This document shows, in pieces, positions 53,601 through 60,074 of a DNA stretch of 64,000 bases. How positions within the stretch are numbered: position 1 is the first letter of the stretch; every line of letters starts with the position of its first letter. Source of the stretch: a virus; IMG/VR virus record IMGVR_UViG_3300023174_000152, positions 1 through 64,000 of that record, one strand, 5' to 3'. Both the position numbers and the translations under genes were made by a program. Below the pieces are notes generated by a model. The model ran no database searches. It was not told the origin of the DNA and was given only the letters and a program-made list of their open reading frames with translations.

Positions 53601-56231
53601 TGTAGTAGTATATGCTGTTTCCCAACCAATGAGCTTGTCAAACTCAAGACGACTGTAATATTGTCTTATAAATCCTGTGCCAATGGGCTGTTCCACTGTG
53701 ATAGTATCTTCAACATAGTTGAAACTGTCTATGTAGAGATTGTTCTCAAATACAATATCGCCTACGTTGTTGATTGTAAGGTATTTCAGTGGTTGCCCAA
53801 TGATCTTGTCTGTGACGCCTTCACCTAACGCATAGCTAAACAGTTTGGTACCAGTGAACGATGTTCCAGGGTACACCATACGATCGCCAAAACTAAATCC
53901 ATTGCCGTCAAACACATCAAACAATGGTGCTTGATTGATTCCGGTCTTTTGCTGTGCTGGCACCCAGACCTCGCCGTCGAACCAAAAAGTCTTGCCTTGC
54001 AAAGTGACACCACTGGTGACCACTGTGGTTTGCCCGTAGAGCTGGTCGGGAGAATTTAGGTCAGCAGGCTGTAAGTCAATGATAGGTACACCTGATCCGG
54101 TGGGCAATATAAACTCAACCACATAGACTTTGTTGCGTACTTCGGGATCGATGTCAGCGGCAAAAATAACTCTTGTGCCATTGGTAAATGAGTACCCATC
54201 TACGCTGTAACCAATGGTTCCGTTGATGTTGCTGAGCGCATCAGTTTCACGGAAGTCAATGATATTGACTGGAGCGATGGCTTCGGTTCCATAATCAAAC
54301 AGTTTGAGATTGGGTATAAACTCTAAGATTGGTCGTTTGGCTCGGTATAAGTTGTCTAAGAACGGTACTGTGCCGTTGTATTCGGCAGTGGCGTTGATGA
54401 TGTCTACGTGGAACCAGCGATTGCTACGGCTCCAGGAATTGTGATCTTGGCTGGCTCTGTTGATGGTAAGATAGTCAGGATCCAAAGGTGCATTCAATGA
54501 TTCGTCAAATGGTGTAGCATCATACGGAACAGAATCATAGGGAACCGTGGTTGATCTTGTGTAGAGCTCAGGAGTAATAAAATCTGTTACTGGCAGTAAC
54601 TGGATCGATGATCCTACCCCTTCTACATAGTAGGTATTTCCTGAATAGCTGGCCGGCACAGTTGGACCTTCGAACTGTACTTTGAGACCATTAGAGAATA
54701 CCACACCATTGGGGCTGGTATAATATCTTGATCCAATGATATCAACTATCTGTGCTGTGTTTGGCTGTCCAGTGGCTTGCTGGTTCAGCAACCAAGTGTT
54801 GTCGCCCAGTGAACTTACGAGATATGTGCCATCAGTGACGCCGCCGCCACTGAGCACCATTCCTGGCAAAAGTGTGCCACCCAGAGCTGTGGTAAAAGTC
54901 AATACATCGTCATTGATAGCAGAGTTGACCAGAGTAACCACCGGAATGGTTTCGTCGTTGACAACAATGGGTGCGCTGTTGGGATTGTCAACCAATCGTA
55001 TCAAGCCAAACAAAGCAGGATTGTCTTGATCCTGATAGTACAGCACGTCAAGATTGGCTGTGATCAACGGTACTCGTTCAAACAAACCCGAAGCGTTCTT
55101 GTAAAAGCTGATGTTTGAATACTGAGTTCCATACTCTACCAACAATCTGCTGAGATTGTTCACTGGCCGATCGACAGTGAGTTTTATGTAAGGGTTGGTT
55201 GGATCATCATAGATGTAGTTGATGCGCCACACAGAATATTTTTGGCTGTCCAGTGTTATTTCTATGGTTTCATCAAATGGAGTTGAATCATAGGGTTGGC
55301 CAGCACTGTCATAGAGTCCGGTGTAGAACCACCCAGCATTGTTTAAGAAAATCAGTGTGCGGCCATCAAGGTCAGTGACTCCGTCAATGCCGCCATATTT
55401 GGCAAAAAATTCACTGACATATTGATTGTTGATTTGATCAAACTCGATGTCTGTGGCAAAGGCCACTGAACCTGCGTCAGCCAGTGTGTAGTAAAAGTTT
55501 TGTGCTGATTTCTCGGGCACATTGAAAGTTATAGTACCGTTGTCGTCACCGTTATTGACCACGCCCAGTACTTCGCGACTGCTTTGATTTGGGGTCTGTG
55601 GCAACACTCCGGATATTCCTGGTACTGCTTGGATCCAAAAACGATGGCCTGTTTGCTGTACATTGAACTCGTAGCTACCTTGTCTGGCCAAGGTAATGGT
55701 TGGATTCTGTCCCGGAACACCGCTGAATGTGTAGTTTGTGCTGTTGCGTGTGACTGTGAAATCATCTGTGAGTGGAATAGGATCAGCAAATACGTCCACA
55801 GAATCTGGGCCGCCTGGCAACCAATAATACTGACTGAAGTTGATAAACTTGTCAAGATCTATAAATGGATCCCAGCTGTAGTATTCACTTTCCCACAGGC
55901 GATCTTGTCTTGTGACATTGCCTCCTTTGACTTTGATAGAATCTATCAGGCCAGGATATGTCACTGCTGATTCTACTTCGTTGGTATTGGGTTTTAAAAA
56001 TACCACACCTGGTTCTAACTGATAATCAGTTCTTGTCTTGGTAGGTTCTAGTACGTAGTTGTCATTGGGGTTGACACCGGGGCCAACTCGTCGTCCAATG
56101 AACCCCTGCGTAGGTTTGAGTTTGGGGTCTTGTACCAGTTGATCCAAGGTCGCGCCAAGGAACTGCCGATTGGTAGCAGTGCGGAAAATCTCTGGTAGAA
56201 AATCTACAGTACGAATTCTTGTGTTAGCCAT
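41667..56231 (-). CDS. Giant multidomain virion baseplate/tail protein (4854 aa)
   Basis: Uninterrupted 14.6 kb ORF after baseplate wedge gene; FG-GAP-like repeats, GDG.T..F/Y modules, YD/FD micro-repeats. Confidence 0.85.
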   Translation of the reverse strand: MANTRIRTVDFLPEIFRTATNRQFLGATLDQLVQDPKLKPTQGFIGRRVGPGVNPNDNYVLEPTKTRTDYQLEPGVVFLKPNTNEVESAVTYPGLIDSIKVKGGNVTRQDRLWESEYYSWDPFIDLDKFINFSQYYWLPGGPDSVDVFADPIPLTDDFTVTRNSTNYTFSGVPGQNPTITLARQGSYEFNVQQTGHRFWIQAVPGISGVLPQTPNQSSREVLGVVNNGDDNGTITFNVPEKSAQNFYYTLADAGSVAFATDIEFDQINNQYVSEFFAKYGGIDGVTDLDGRTLIFLNNAGWFYTGLYDSAGQPYDSTPFDETIEITLDSQKYSVWRINYIYDDPTNPYIKLTVDRPVNNLSRLLVEYGTQYSNISFYKNASGLFERVPLITANLDVLYYQDQDNPALFGLIRLVDNPNSAPIVVNDETIPVVTLVNSAINDDVLTFTTALGGTLLPGMVLSGGGVTDGTYLVSSLGDNTWLLNQQATGQPNTAQIVDIIGSRYYTSPNGVVFSNGLKVQFEGPTVPASYSGNTYYVEGVGSSIQLLPVTDFITPELYTRSTTVPYDSVPYDATPFDESLNAPLDPDYLTINRASQDHNSWSRSNRWFHVDIINATAEYNGTVPFLDNLYRAKRPILEFIPNLKLFDYGTEAIAPVNIIDFRETDALSNINGTIGYSVDGYSFTNGTRVIFAADIDPEVRNKVYVVEFILPTGSGVPIIDLQPADLNSPDQLYGQTTVVTSGVTLQGKTFWFDGEVWVPAQQKTGINQAPLFDVFDGNGFSFGDRMVYPGTSFTGTKLFSYALGEGVTDKIIGQPLKYLTINNVGDIVFENNLYIDSFNYVEDTITVEQPIGTGFIRQYYSRLEFDKLIGWETAYTTTVSRQSFSFTYTGIPLVIDIPVKTNSTAVPVKVFVNAVFLTTDNYTYEVKDNNSTVITFINPPALDSTVEVSVISDVASPTGFYSVPLNLENNPNNDQVTEVTLGTVRNYYGSICQNLKTFSGTINGQNNTRDLGNLIPYGDSIIQNSAPVILSALFANNSQYDFFRALEFSSREYEKYKNLIMDAVVRNNFQNMTPAEILDDCMTIINYGKNELAAFYWTDTVPSGETFQETNYTVTPITGNTFDTLYTYNFTEANYRAILVYLNGRQLLGNGIEYTVAVDGPRVTIDVPLQLGDTVTLREYTSTVGNFVPSTPTKLGMYPAYVPEAFVDDTYVDPTPVIRGHDGSITVAYQDIRDEVLLEFEKRIYNNLKLVGNPVPLVYEDVSPGEFRKTDYTQEEITQIMSVSFLAWVGANKLNYREQEYNANNQFTWNYTACQSKLDGTELLGNWRGIYNYFYDTDAPNTRPWEMLGITEKPSWWEDEYGPAPYTSGNLVLWQDLEAGRVMDPAGSYIVEKYIRPGLTKVIPSDSEGMLLSPFDVVVGEYAPNSFRKSWTVGDDGPVEASWQKSSAWPFAVMRLLALTKPAQFFTYFALRDDYRLDPELQQFVFAGRSRSSGTGFYEIYGTGSAKHGYLNFIVDYNKLQGRDSSVELGEVLIWTDVRLCYRMAAFSDKQYIKLFTEKSSPNSLNTSLLLPDESYQILLYKNPTIDTLVWSSVVIQKTELGYAVYGYSTTRPYFEILSSIPNGNYRTITVADKTVRVLNDYSDTVVQIPYGYEFVGINSVADFLMSYGACLTRQGMTFNDQDRGRILNWSQMVQEFIYWSQQGWAPGSLININPAANILNVLKPGLVAEPLSTVAPEDILLNQNKEPLQSQEYVVERFENDLTLRGINNSTFSYLAAKFTEFEHLIVLDNTSVFNDLIYDPITGARQSRLLFVGYTTYDWNGSLDAQGFILNQDNIQQWSPNRSYTKGQIVKYKDSYWSAVKIIPPSEKFDFEFWLKSDYAQIQKGLLPNAATSSEQIRGFYNTNQANLERDADLFAFGLIGFRPRRYMQNLNLDDISQVNLYQEFIGVKGTTQATDIFTKANLGKEVAEYEIFENWAIQRAIYGANANRSYFELRLNEADLLGNPSTIQIIEPQQFSDADQTVLVSDIWKQSYPITNPNILPTTFLDATDVQLPSAGYVNWDDADIKLFNFTDLDNIINDIENIYVGTSVWVAKDNAYDWNIYRNNLVIYSLVQVRDNLNGTCTLQFAGQHGLYINEKIVIKYFGQGIDGAYTVLSVPSLTTVTVALTLGGAVTQVTGTGICFVLETMRVKQASDVSNLVYANSLLPGNRAWVDDDGTGHWTVYEKINPFTTTPGIVPAEPVISSRFGAAISQGFGGLAALMGAPGYSGEIGAVYTFTKGGTVDYVETGVLTMGAANFVNYGAAVASGGSQWGVVGAGNSWAKQGYAATVNRNLNSGDFIQSQLLTEVPYRLYQATGNGVTFTYTPSGVTLADPNKVSVVISDVVKTRGTDWNVIGSTVVFTTPPAPGSLINIFNYDEYGYSVTISNDERWMYVGAPAGNRVYAYNRVDIQSQVKNFVGDGETTDFYIADVIIVDEDSADGGIGEQQIGITVNDLPKIPGVDYNYANGTVIFNSPPNGDDEIRIIRLQSKTFFPTSPTTTFPLEDLYTVSDIDSFSVYVNSILQRPNMDYSFNPTTKIITFVLGGQVGTVLVNAGSYFRYVDYVDGNTLGAITGARFGQSITTTTDGRQIVIGAPNDTANGKLLAGQVYAIDRSVERFTVTDTTQTLYSTLRNFNGPASVKVNATYLIPDGSNNNGQFSEVDANTVNITVVLNVGDTIEIDTNTFALIQEVASNSPSEGASFGSVVQQCPTNCSLYIGQPNDSRVVPQGGSVERFTNQSRLYGIITGDSQNPTLTPGNTVRIQQVDVEVSTPTPWNSSIDWASGTFVISGSTIYQALRNVPVSTSINDTSYWKLSSWVELFANDINVAAEPNNIGLVEVPNVQAIVSNGYLTISIKNSDAAVPFTQLTVLPGLGTAYYDLGFNPQVYAQTVEAPNQLAYAHFGASLDISDDSRTLVVGSPQGTAAKPTTFDGGTTFFDSKATNFFDLLPESGVAYTYDLLSAANPSVSNPSKFVFGAQIYDDDVNSLDNFGTAVSYRNGILLVGSPQDDLGDSVGDYGRISQLNNPDRLAAWDIVYRQKPIVDVKLINSVYMYDRLESKVTQYFDFIDPLQGKILGVARQNIDYIGAVDPAAYNVGEVNNYGDTWNETHLGQIWWDLSTVRFIDYHQSTIAYESQRWSQVFPGSSVDVYQWIESPVPPAEYTGPGTVYSTTSFVVSSKLNTDGLFTSLYSFWVKGIPEVVSRAKKTLSVQAISQYIEHPRSSGLPYVAFLGPSTIAIYNGRPYISAQDTILNVEFDKIANDDNVHAEYDLIASNNPDSFLVAGLFRKMLDSFCGEDTLGNKVPDPTLSPADRYGVQFRPRQSFFVDRFLALQNYLKRANAIMAQFPITDSRPFNLLNSAEPEPTSASGAWNKRVLDYQELTFQDLSEVPVGYKYLVASDSTNDGLWTIYTVILSLDGIRKQLLLSRVQNYDTKLYWEYIDWVKPGYNAGVKPVAEVATFSDLSRLTVPEGASAKVTRNSFAKYEIYQYLNGTWTRVVLQDGTVRIKEEIWNYDLGRFGFDVETFDSQRFDQYPAIETRQIIKAINEEILVDEWAIFRNELLLLVFDFILTEQIAPDWLFKTSLIDVTHKIRDLLPYQIFRTDNQDFVLDYIKEVKPYHVKIKEFNLRYDGFDTYDGNVTDFDCPAYYDSELQEFEAPALDDSVPPKYSNSEPSTAPIWQEIPWQQWFDNYKLLLTSATIIDQGAGYTVPPVVTVTGDAVREAELVARINTAGQVVELIVIDSGSGYTTTPIITIEGGNGVGARAVAVLESQLVRTITTTLKYDRYNYTSQVLDWQPNTKYTEGQLVRFRDQVYSVNQVDDSIELDSGSIFNPAQYTLVDQATLDAADRVIGLYTPSPNEPGRELAQVMVGIDYPGVQVMGPNFNQNTGYDVGNFDVNPYDNIDYGPEGKPTYAESILDAIYQSSFTDTYLGTRPTDINVDGGAFIDTYSSHAPEELVPGSTFDTLDFRVYTRPGADWEGDGHGFNIKQINLEYTATDDSIDFSEVMAHAVAVRAVNVTNRVSLVPEVDYTVDWPARTLTIVNGAATNYGDIVEVNVYGVGGGSQLFKESYPGDVVGNSLVIPVITAVTWTTFTIYAQGTYVEFNNNVYRVNRTINSGSSFDVAFYTIIDGDSILEELLILVNGEIITNYTYAPINGYETRILFDNTYDATDWVVVTALGPTTPQKSWSFPVTQYLVYDGSTTDYTLTNSLQGTNPIDAIVEREGSRLRPPESIEYLGDGSSAGPFYLPTRGGTPQGLISDNDVVVYVDEVLYNLSVDYTVSPWDGSSDRYVEFATAPATGSVIKIAVTTDADYIINNDQLILRVGAATGAVFAVTTWNDTSEQGILTQVFQGPTQSGVSVGQPYDDTTFDEGNVTGDPGSFDYGTGTVVSSNNFDTGRIIVDSGRLWVTLNGWRLVPGEDFTTSGSVVTIGGSIIGPADVVVITSFTQSVVPEAISFRIFQDMLGNQRIYRITPENSTVLTQPLSETDDVIYVLNANELSQPNPAANIFGQLTINGERITYRNRDVVNNTVSGLRRGTAGTAIDSHTVGSVVIDIGFGELLPPQYQEQTKSNVFLGDGTTQTYSTDIGYVNDIDVYLGGSVRCYIGNTLGSLVEIPQDDFSIISVDPITVQLDFIPPPGLVFQITYTPTVGSPSVFNVPTTGSTSQWAATFSATDLVLQSEDDYVITNLNPITVVFDTPVPVKRVVVINDLNSNTFFISQLDVATTTFVTDISVTRPVQVKVGGTLVDSTTYSVSSVNPIVITFNVAPAKGSEVEIYIEQARVMYEQGIDTASNGRPLQEQNTQAARFIEGRA

Positions 56232-56233
56232 TG

Positions 56234-59200
56234 TTATACAACACCACTGTTGGGCGCGGTTCTAAGTTCACTGCTGGTCAATGCATCGATCACGTCAATG
56301 TCTGTGACTGTGGCCGCATTGACAAATATTTCGTTGGCTTGACTGCGTATCTCGTACAGATCACCAAAACTCTTAAGCGGATCTTGTGGTACCAATACCA
56401 CTGTGGAAATAATATCGCCTAGCTCTTTGTGTAGATATGCGGCCAACTCTGAGAAGTAAAAGGTCAATCCAAAATCCCATTTGTCAATGGTAAAGTATTC
56501 ATTGAGAGCGGCAACCATGCGACTCTTGATTTCACTGACACTGACCACAGAGTTTGAACTGCGGATTACCTTTAGTGTGGCACGTAGCTCAGGTGAGGAT
56601 TTGATACCAAACAAAGGTTTGAATACCACGGAGTTAAGAATCACGTTGTCAGAAATCATCTTGTACTTTTGCAGACTGTTGTAGGCCGCTGACAGCTCAT
56701 CAATGGTGGGCGGTTGTGGCTCAGGCACTGTGTTGGTTGAATCTTTGATATAGTTTTGGTAAGCTGTGTAGTAGGCCTGGGTGACCAAGTATATGTCAAT
56801 GATGTTGGATGAGCCAGGGTCGATGCGTCTGCTCAGTGGAGCATTATGTCTGTATTGGAACGACAGTCCTTGTCGACCGGTCCTGGCCAATAGATCCTTG
56901 ACCTGTGTCAAAGTACGCACACCGTTGTAGGCGATGTCTAGTTCATAGAACACTAACTCGTTGGTGGCATAAAAGTATTGTCCGTCGGCGTATTCTGCTT
57001 TGACCAACTCGATCTGATCCAGGGTAGCATATTCGCTGACTACCTGTCCTGCCTCCAGGGGCAGATATCTTTCAAGGTTGTCAAAGTCCACGGTTCTTTG
57101 GAAGAACACATATTTTTCTGTGGGGTTCACTGTGGGTGCCACAATGGTTTCAAAATAATCTGGATCGTCGGCCACGCCGTCATTGTCAAAGTCTTTGAAA
57201 CTGATCCGTACCTGGAAATCATCAATGTAGCCATCGCTTTCCACAGGCTGACCAATGATGTCCATTACGATATCAGAGTTTTGTGGTAAGCTGACATCGG
57301 GTTTGTTGTTGGTCTTCAAGCAGTTGATAAAATCGTTGATCACTGTACCTGTGCGTGGATCGTAGACTGCTTGTGATCCATCATAGAAGAACCGTGTCTG
57401 CAGAATACTGCCCCAAAAACGTTGCAGTGATCGATAGCTAACTGTATAAGTTACTCCGTCGGTTTCAAATGCCACTAACCAAGAGTTATCAAGTCCCTGT
57501 CCCGATTGGTCTTGCGCATAGTCAAGGCTAAATGTTGTTGCAGGGTTTAAGTTATTGGCAGTGATCACGTACCAAGTGGCTGTGAGATTGTCAAAGCCTA
57601 TGCCAAAGTTTCTATAAAGTTCTATCTGTTCAGTCATTGACTGCTCAACCGAAGTTGGCAAGTCTGTTACAAACTTGGGTATTACCTGCACAGGTATGGC
57701 ATCTGTGGGTATAAAGTTGTTGAGTGTAACTGGCCCCACACCGTCAGCAAAGTTACCTGTGCCAAAGTTAGTGCCATCCAATACCAGTGCGCTCACTGTG
57801 GCCCAAAGTATTACCTTGTCATTGGGCTGTGAAGGAGTTCCTAACTTCAATCTGTTGTTTTGATCAAAGTAGTATCCAGCAGGTGGCACAAACTTGATCA
57901 ATGACCCTTGGGTCATGTATTTTTTATTGTCACTGGTCTGCGGACCAATAGGAGCAGGAGCTCCACTGGCTTTGAACTTGAAATAACCTGTGGTTTCGTT
58001 GGCTGCTGTGGTACTTTGTTGCCACTCTATGTTTATTGTTGTTAAGTTGGGTCTTGGAAAGTTTTGATAGTAAAACTCCAGCATGCCTCGACTGCCCAGT
58101 GCAGGTTCAACTTCATTGATGATGGCATTGGCAATGTCATTTTGATCAATAAAGGTAAAAGTAAAACTTGGAGTGGCTGTGTTTTCCCAAATCAATCCGT
58201 CACTGGCAAAAATGTTTGTTGATGAGTATTTGCCTGTGATGTCTACTAAGTCAAGATACCGGCTGGTACCAATGGAACTGCGATTCACTGCCTTTGATTT
58301 GATGATAGTGCCAAACAGTGTGTAAGGCAAGTTGCTGTAGTCTTCGCCGTTGACCATGCGATTCTGTGTGTAGTAACGGGCAGGAGCTCGTTGCTTGATG
58401 GCTGCAATAGTTTCTCTTGAGGCAGCATTGGATACGGGTTGGCTCAGACCACAGGTAAATGTGATATTTTCGAGACGTCCTGTGCGGCTCACATAACCAA
58501 TGGATATCTGTACGGCTTGCATTTCATCAGGCGTGATGATATACTGTAGACCATTGGATGCTCGCACATAGCTACGGAACTGTCCCACTGGGATTTCTGT
58601 AAACACACCATCACCAAAGTTGAGATTGATTTGGTCATTGGCTCTTGATGTCACTGAAAAGAATTTTCTAGCATCTGGGGCCAGTTGCTCTACAGCCGCT
58701 GAATAGATTGAGTCAACTTTGTCCCACTCGTACTGTATATTACCAACGTCATCGAGTTGATACAACCACACGTCATCGTTGTTGATACCTTCAATGTTGA
58801 CTGCTACCACGCGATTAGAAATACGCTCGCCGAGATTGAAGTCTTGATTTTGTAATGTGCCTTGTTTGAAATAGAAAAAGAATCCGGTGTTAGGGCTACC
58901 AAATCCTAATCTGTCATTGCGGAAAAGGATGTTAAACACACCCGATGGACGTGGAGGTGGTTCATACACATAATCTTCGTTTTGGAAAGTAGAACTCACT
59001 GCCTCAAAACTCATCGATGTTCCGTCTACAGTGGCAGTGAATGGCACCACTGGCAAATAACCCGGCACAAGATTTAAACTGTATTCTTGTGTTTCAATAC
59101 CTAGGATATTTTTTGTAGCGCCTGGCTTGCCAAATCGTTGGCTGTCTGCCAAGGCCGCGTTGATGATCACTGTGAACTGTTCTTGCCAGTTGGGGTTTGT

Positions 59201-59641
59201 GACGTCATTCCAGTTGATGGTAACGCCACTGAGATTTTGACCGTTGTAGTCTACCACATTTTCAGTGGTGCTGACGTTGAAAACTTTGAGATATCCTTGA
59301 GCTTCTTGGTTACGCTTGGGAGTGTAGCTCACCAGATTGGCCAGTTGTACTACAGAATCTCTGCGTTCGGCTGTGTCTAAGAAGTTTTCACGGATGTTTA
59401 AATCGTTGCGGAAAGCCAGGGCCTGGCCCATGAACGCCATGACGTCCAACAGAGCCACGAACTCTGAAGATTCAATGTAGTCATTGAAGGTTTCGGGATA
59501 ATAGATCCGAATATAGTCAACAAAACTCTTGCGTAGCGTTTCAAAATCATAACTTTGAAAGTCAGCTTCGCGGTAAGTCGTGTAGATCCGTTTCCAGTCT
59601 TCTACCCCAAATATTGCTGTTTGTCTAGTAGTCTTGGCCAT
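56234..59641 (-). CDS. Baseplate wedge protein (T4 gp6-like)
   Basis: YDFETLR..FNDYIESSE..FLDTAERRDSV..L.SY.PKR, FGDG, QNRMVNGEDY. Confidence 0.85.
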   Translation of the reverse strand: MAKTTRQTAIFGVEDWKRIYTTYREADFQSYDFETLRKSFVDYIRIYYPETFNDYIESSEFVALLDVMAFMGQALAFRNDLNIRENFLDTAERRDSVVQLANLVSYTPKRNQEAQGYLKVFNVSTTENVVDYNGQNLSGVTINWNDVTNPNWQEQFTVIINAALADSQRFGKPGATKNILGIETQEYSLNLVPGYLPVVPFTATVDGTSMSFEAVSSTFQNEDYVYEPPPRPSGVFNILFRNDRLGFGSPNTGFFFYFKQGTLQNQDFNLGERISNRVVAVNIEGINNDDVWLYQLDDVGNIQYEWDKVDSIYSAAVEQLAPDARKFFSVTSRANDQINLNFGDGVFTEIPVGQFRSYVRASNGLQYIITPDEMQAVQISIGYVSRTGRLENITFTCGLSQPVSNAASRETIAAIKQRAPARYYTQNRMVNGEDYSNLPYTLFGTIIKSKAVNRSSIGTSRYLDLVDITGKYSSTNIFASDGLIWENTATPSFTFTFIDQNDIANAIINEVEPALGSRGMLEFYYQNFPRPNLTTINIEWQQSTTAANETTGYFKFKASGAPAPIGPQTSDNKKYMTQGSLIKFVPPAGYYFDQNNRLKLGTPSQPNDKVILWATVSALVLDGTNFGTGNFADGVGPVTLNNFIPTDAIPVQVIPKFVTDLPTSVEQSMTEQIELYRNFGIGFDNLTATWYVITANNLNPATTFSLDYAQDQSGQGLDNSWLVAFETDGVTYTVSYRSLQRFWGSILQTRFFYDGSQAVYDPRTGTVINDFINCLKTNNKPDVSLPQNSDIVMDIIGQPVESDGYIDDFQVRISFKDFDNDGVADDPDYFETIVAPTVNPTEKYVFFQRTVDFDNLERYLPLEAGQVVSEYATLDQIELVKAEYADGQYFYATNELVFYELDIAYNGVRTLTQVKDLLARTGRQGLSFQYRHNAPLSRRIDPGSSNIIDIYLVTQAYYTAYQNYIKDSTNTVPEPQPPTIDELSAAYNSLQKYKMISDNVILNSVVFKPLFGIKSSPELRATLKVIRSSNSVVSVSEIKSRMVAALNEYFTIDKWDFGLTFYFSELAAYLHKELGDIISTVVLVPQDPLKSFGDLYEIRSQANEIFVNAATVTDIDVIDALTSSELRTAPNSGVV

Positions 59642-59657
59642 AATACCTTCCGTGAAG

Positions 59658-59663
59658 TATTTA
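59658..59663 (-). promoter_or_regulatory. Putative late promoter TAAATA
   Basis: 16 nt upstream of ATG 59641 with GAAGG RBS between. Confidence 0.55.
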
Positions 59664-59686
59664 TGGTTTGAATAAACGGCTTAGTT

Positions 59687-60061
59687 TTAGATGTATGAAG
59701 CTTGTCGTGTCTGTTGATCAAAGAACACTGACAATAGTTCGGCTGTGGTGCCTTGCACGGTCTGTATTTCTAGCTCAACCAAGATACCATTGACCTGTGG
59801 ATACGCTTCGGCGCTGGAAAGATAAATCCTTGGATCTTGACCGACTATTCGTTGCATTTCTTGCACAATAAGGGCCGCTGTTTGTTCGGTCTGTGGTTCA
59901 AATATCAAGTTCCACATGGTAGTGCCCACACCAGGGCGGCCCACGAGTTGACCTTGTGGTATATTAAAATAGTTTAATAAGTCTCGCTTGATCAGAGCAA
60001 AGTCCACAAGAGTAAACTTCTTGTACTGATCAACTGTGCTGAATCCGATAAAAGTGGCCAT
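59687..60061 (-). CDS. Baseplate gp25/GPW-like protein
   Basis: LIKRDLLNYFNIPQGQ..P..GT..W..IFEP..DPRI; immediately upstream of wedge gene. Confidence 0.85.
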   Translation of the reverse strand: MATFIGFSTVDQYKKFTLVDFALIKRDLLNYFNIPQGQLVGRPGVGTTMWNLIFEPQTEQTAALIVQEMQRIVGQDPRIYLSSAEAYPQVNGILVELEIQTVQGTTAELLSVFFDQQTRQASYI

Positions 60062-60068
60062 GGTCTAG

Positions 60069-60074
60069 TATTTA
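60069..60074 (-). promoter_or_regulatory. Putative late promoter TAAATA
   Basis: 7 nt upstream of ATG 60061. Confidence 0.5.
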
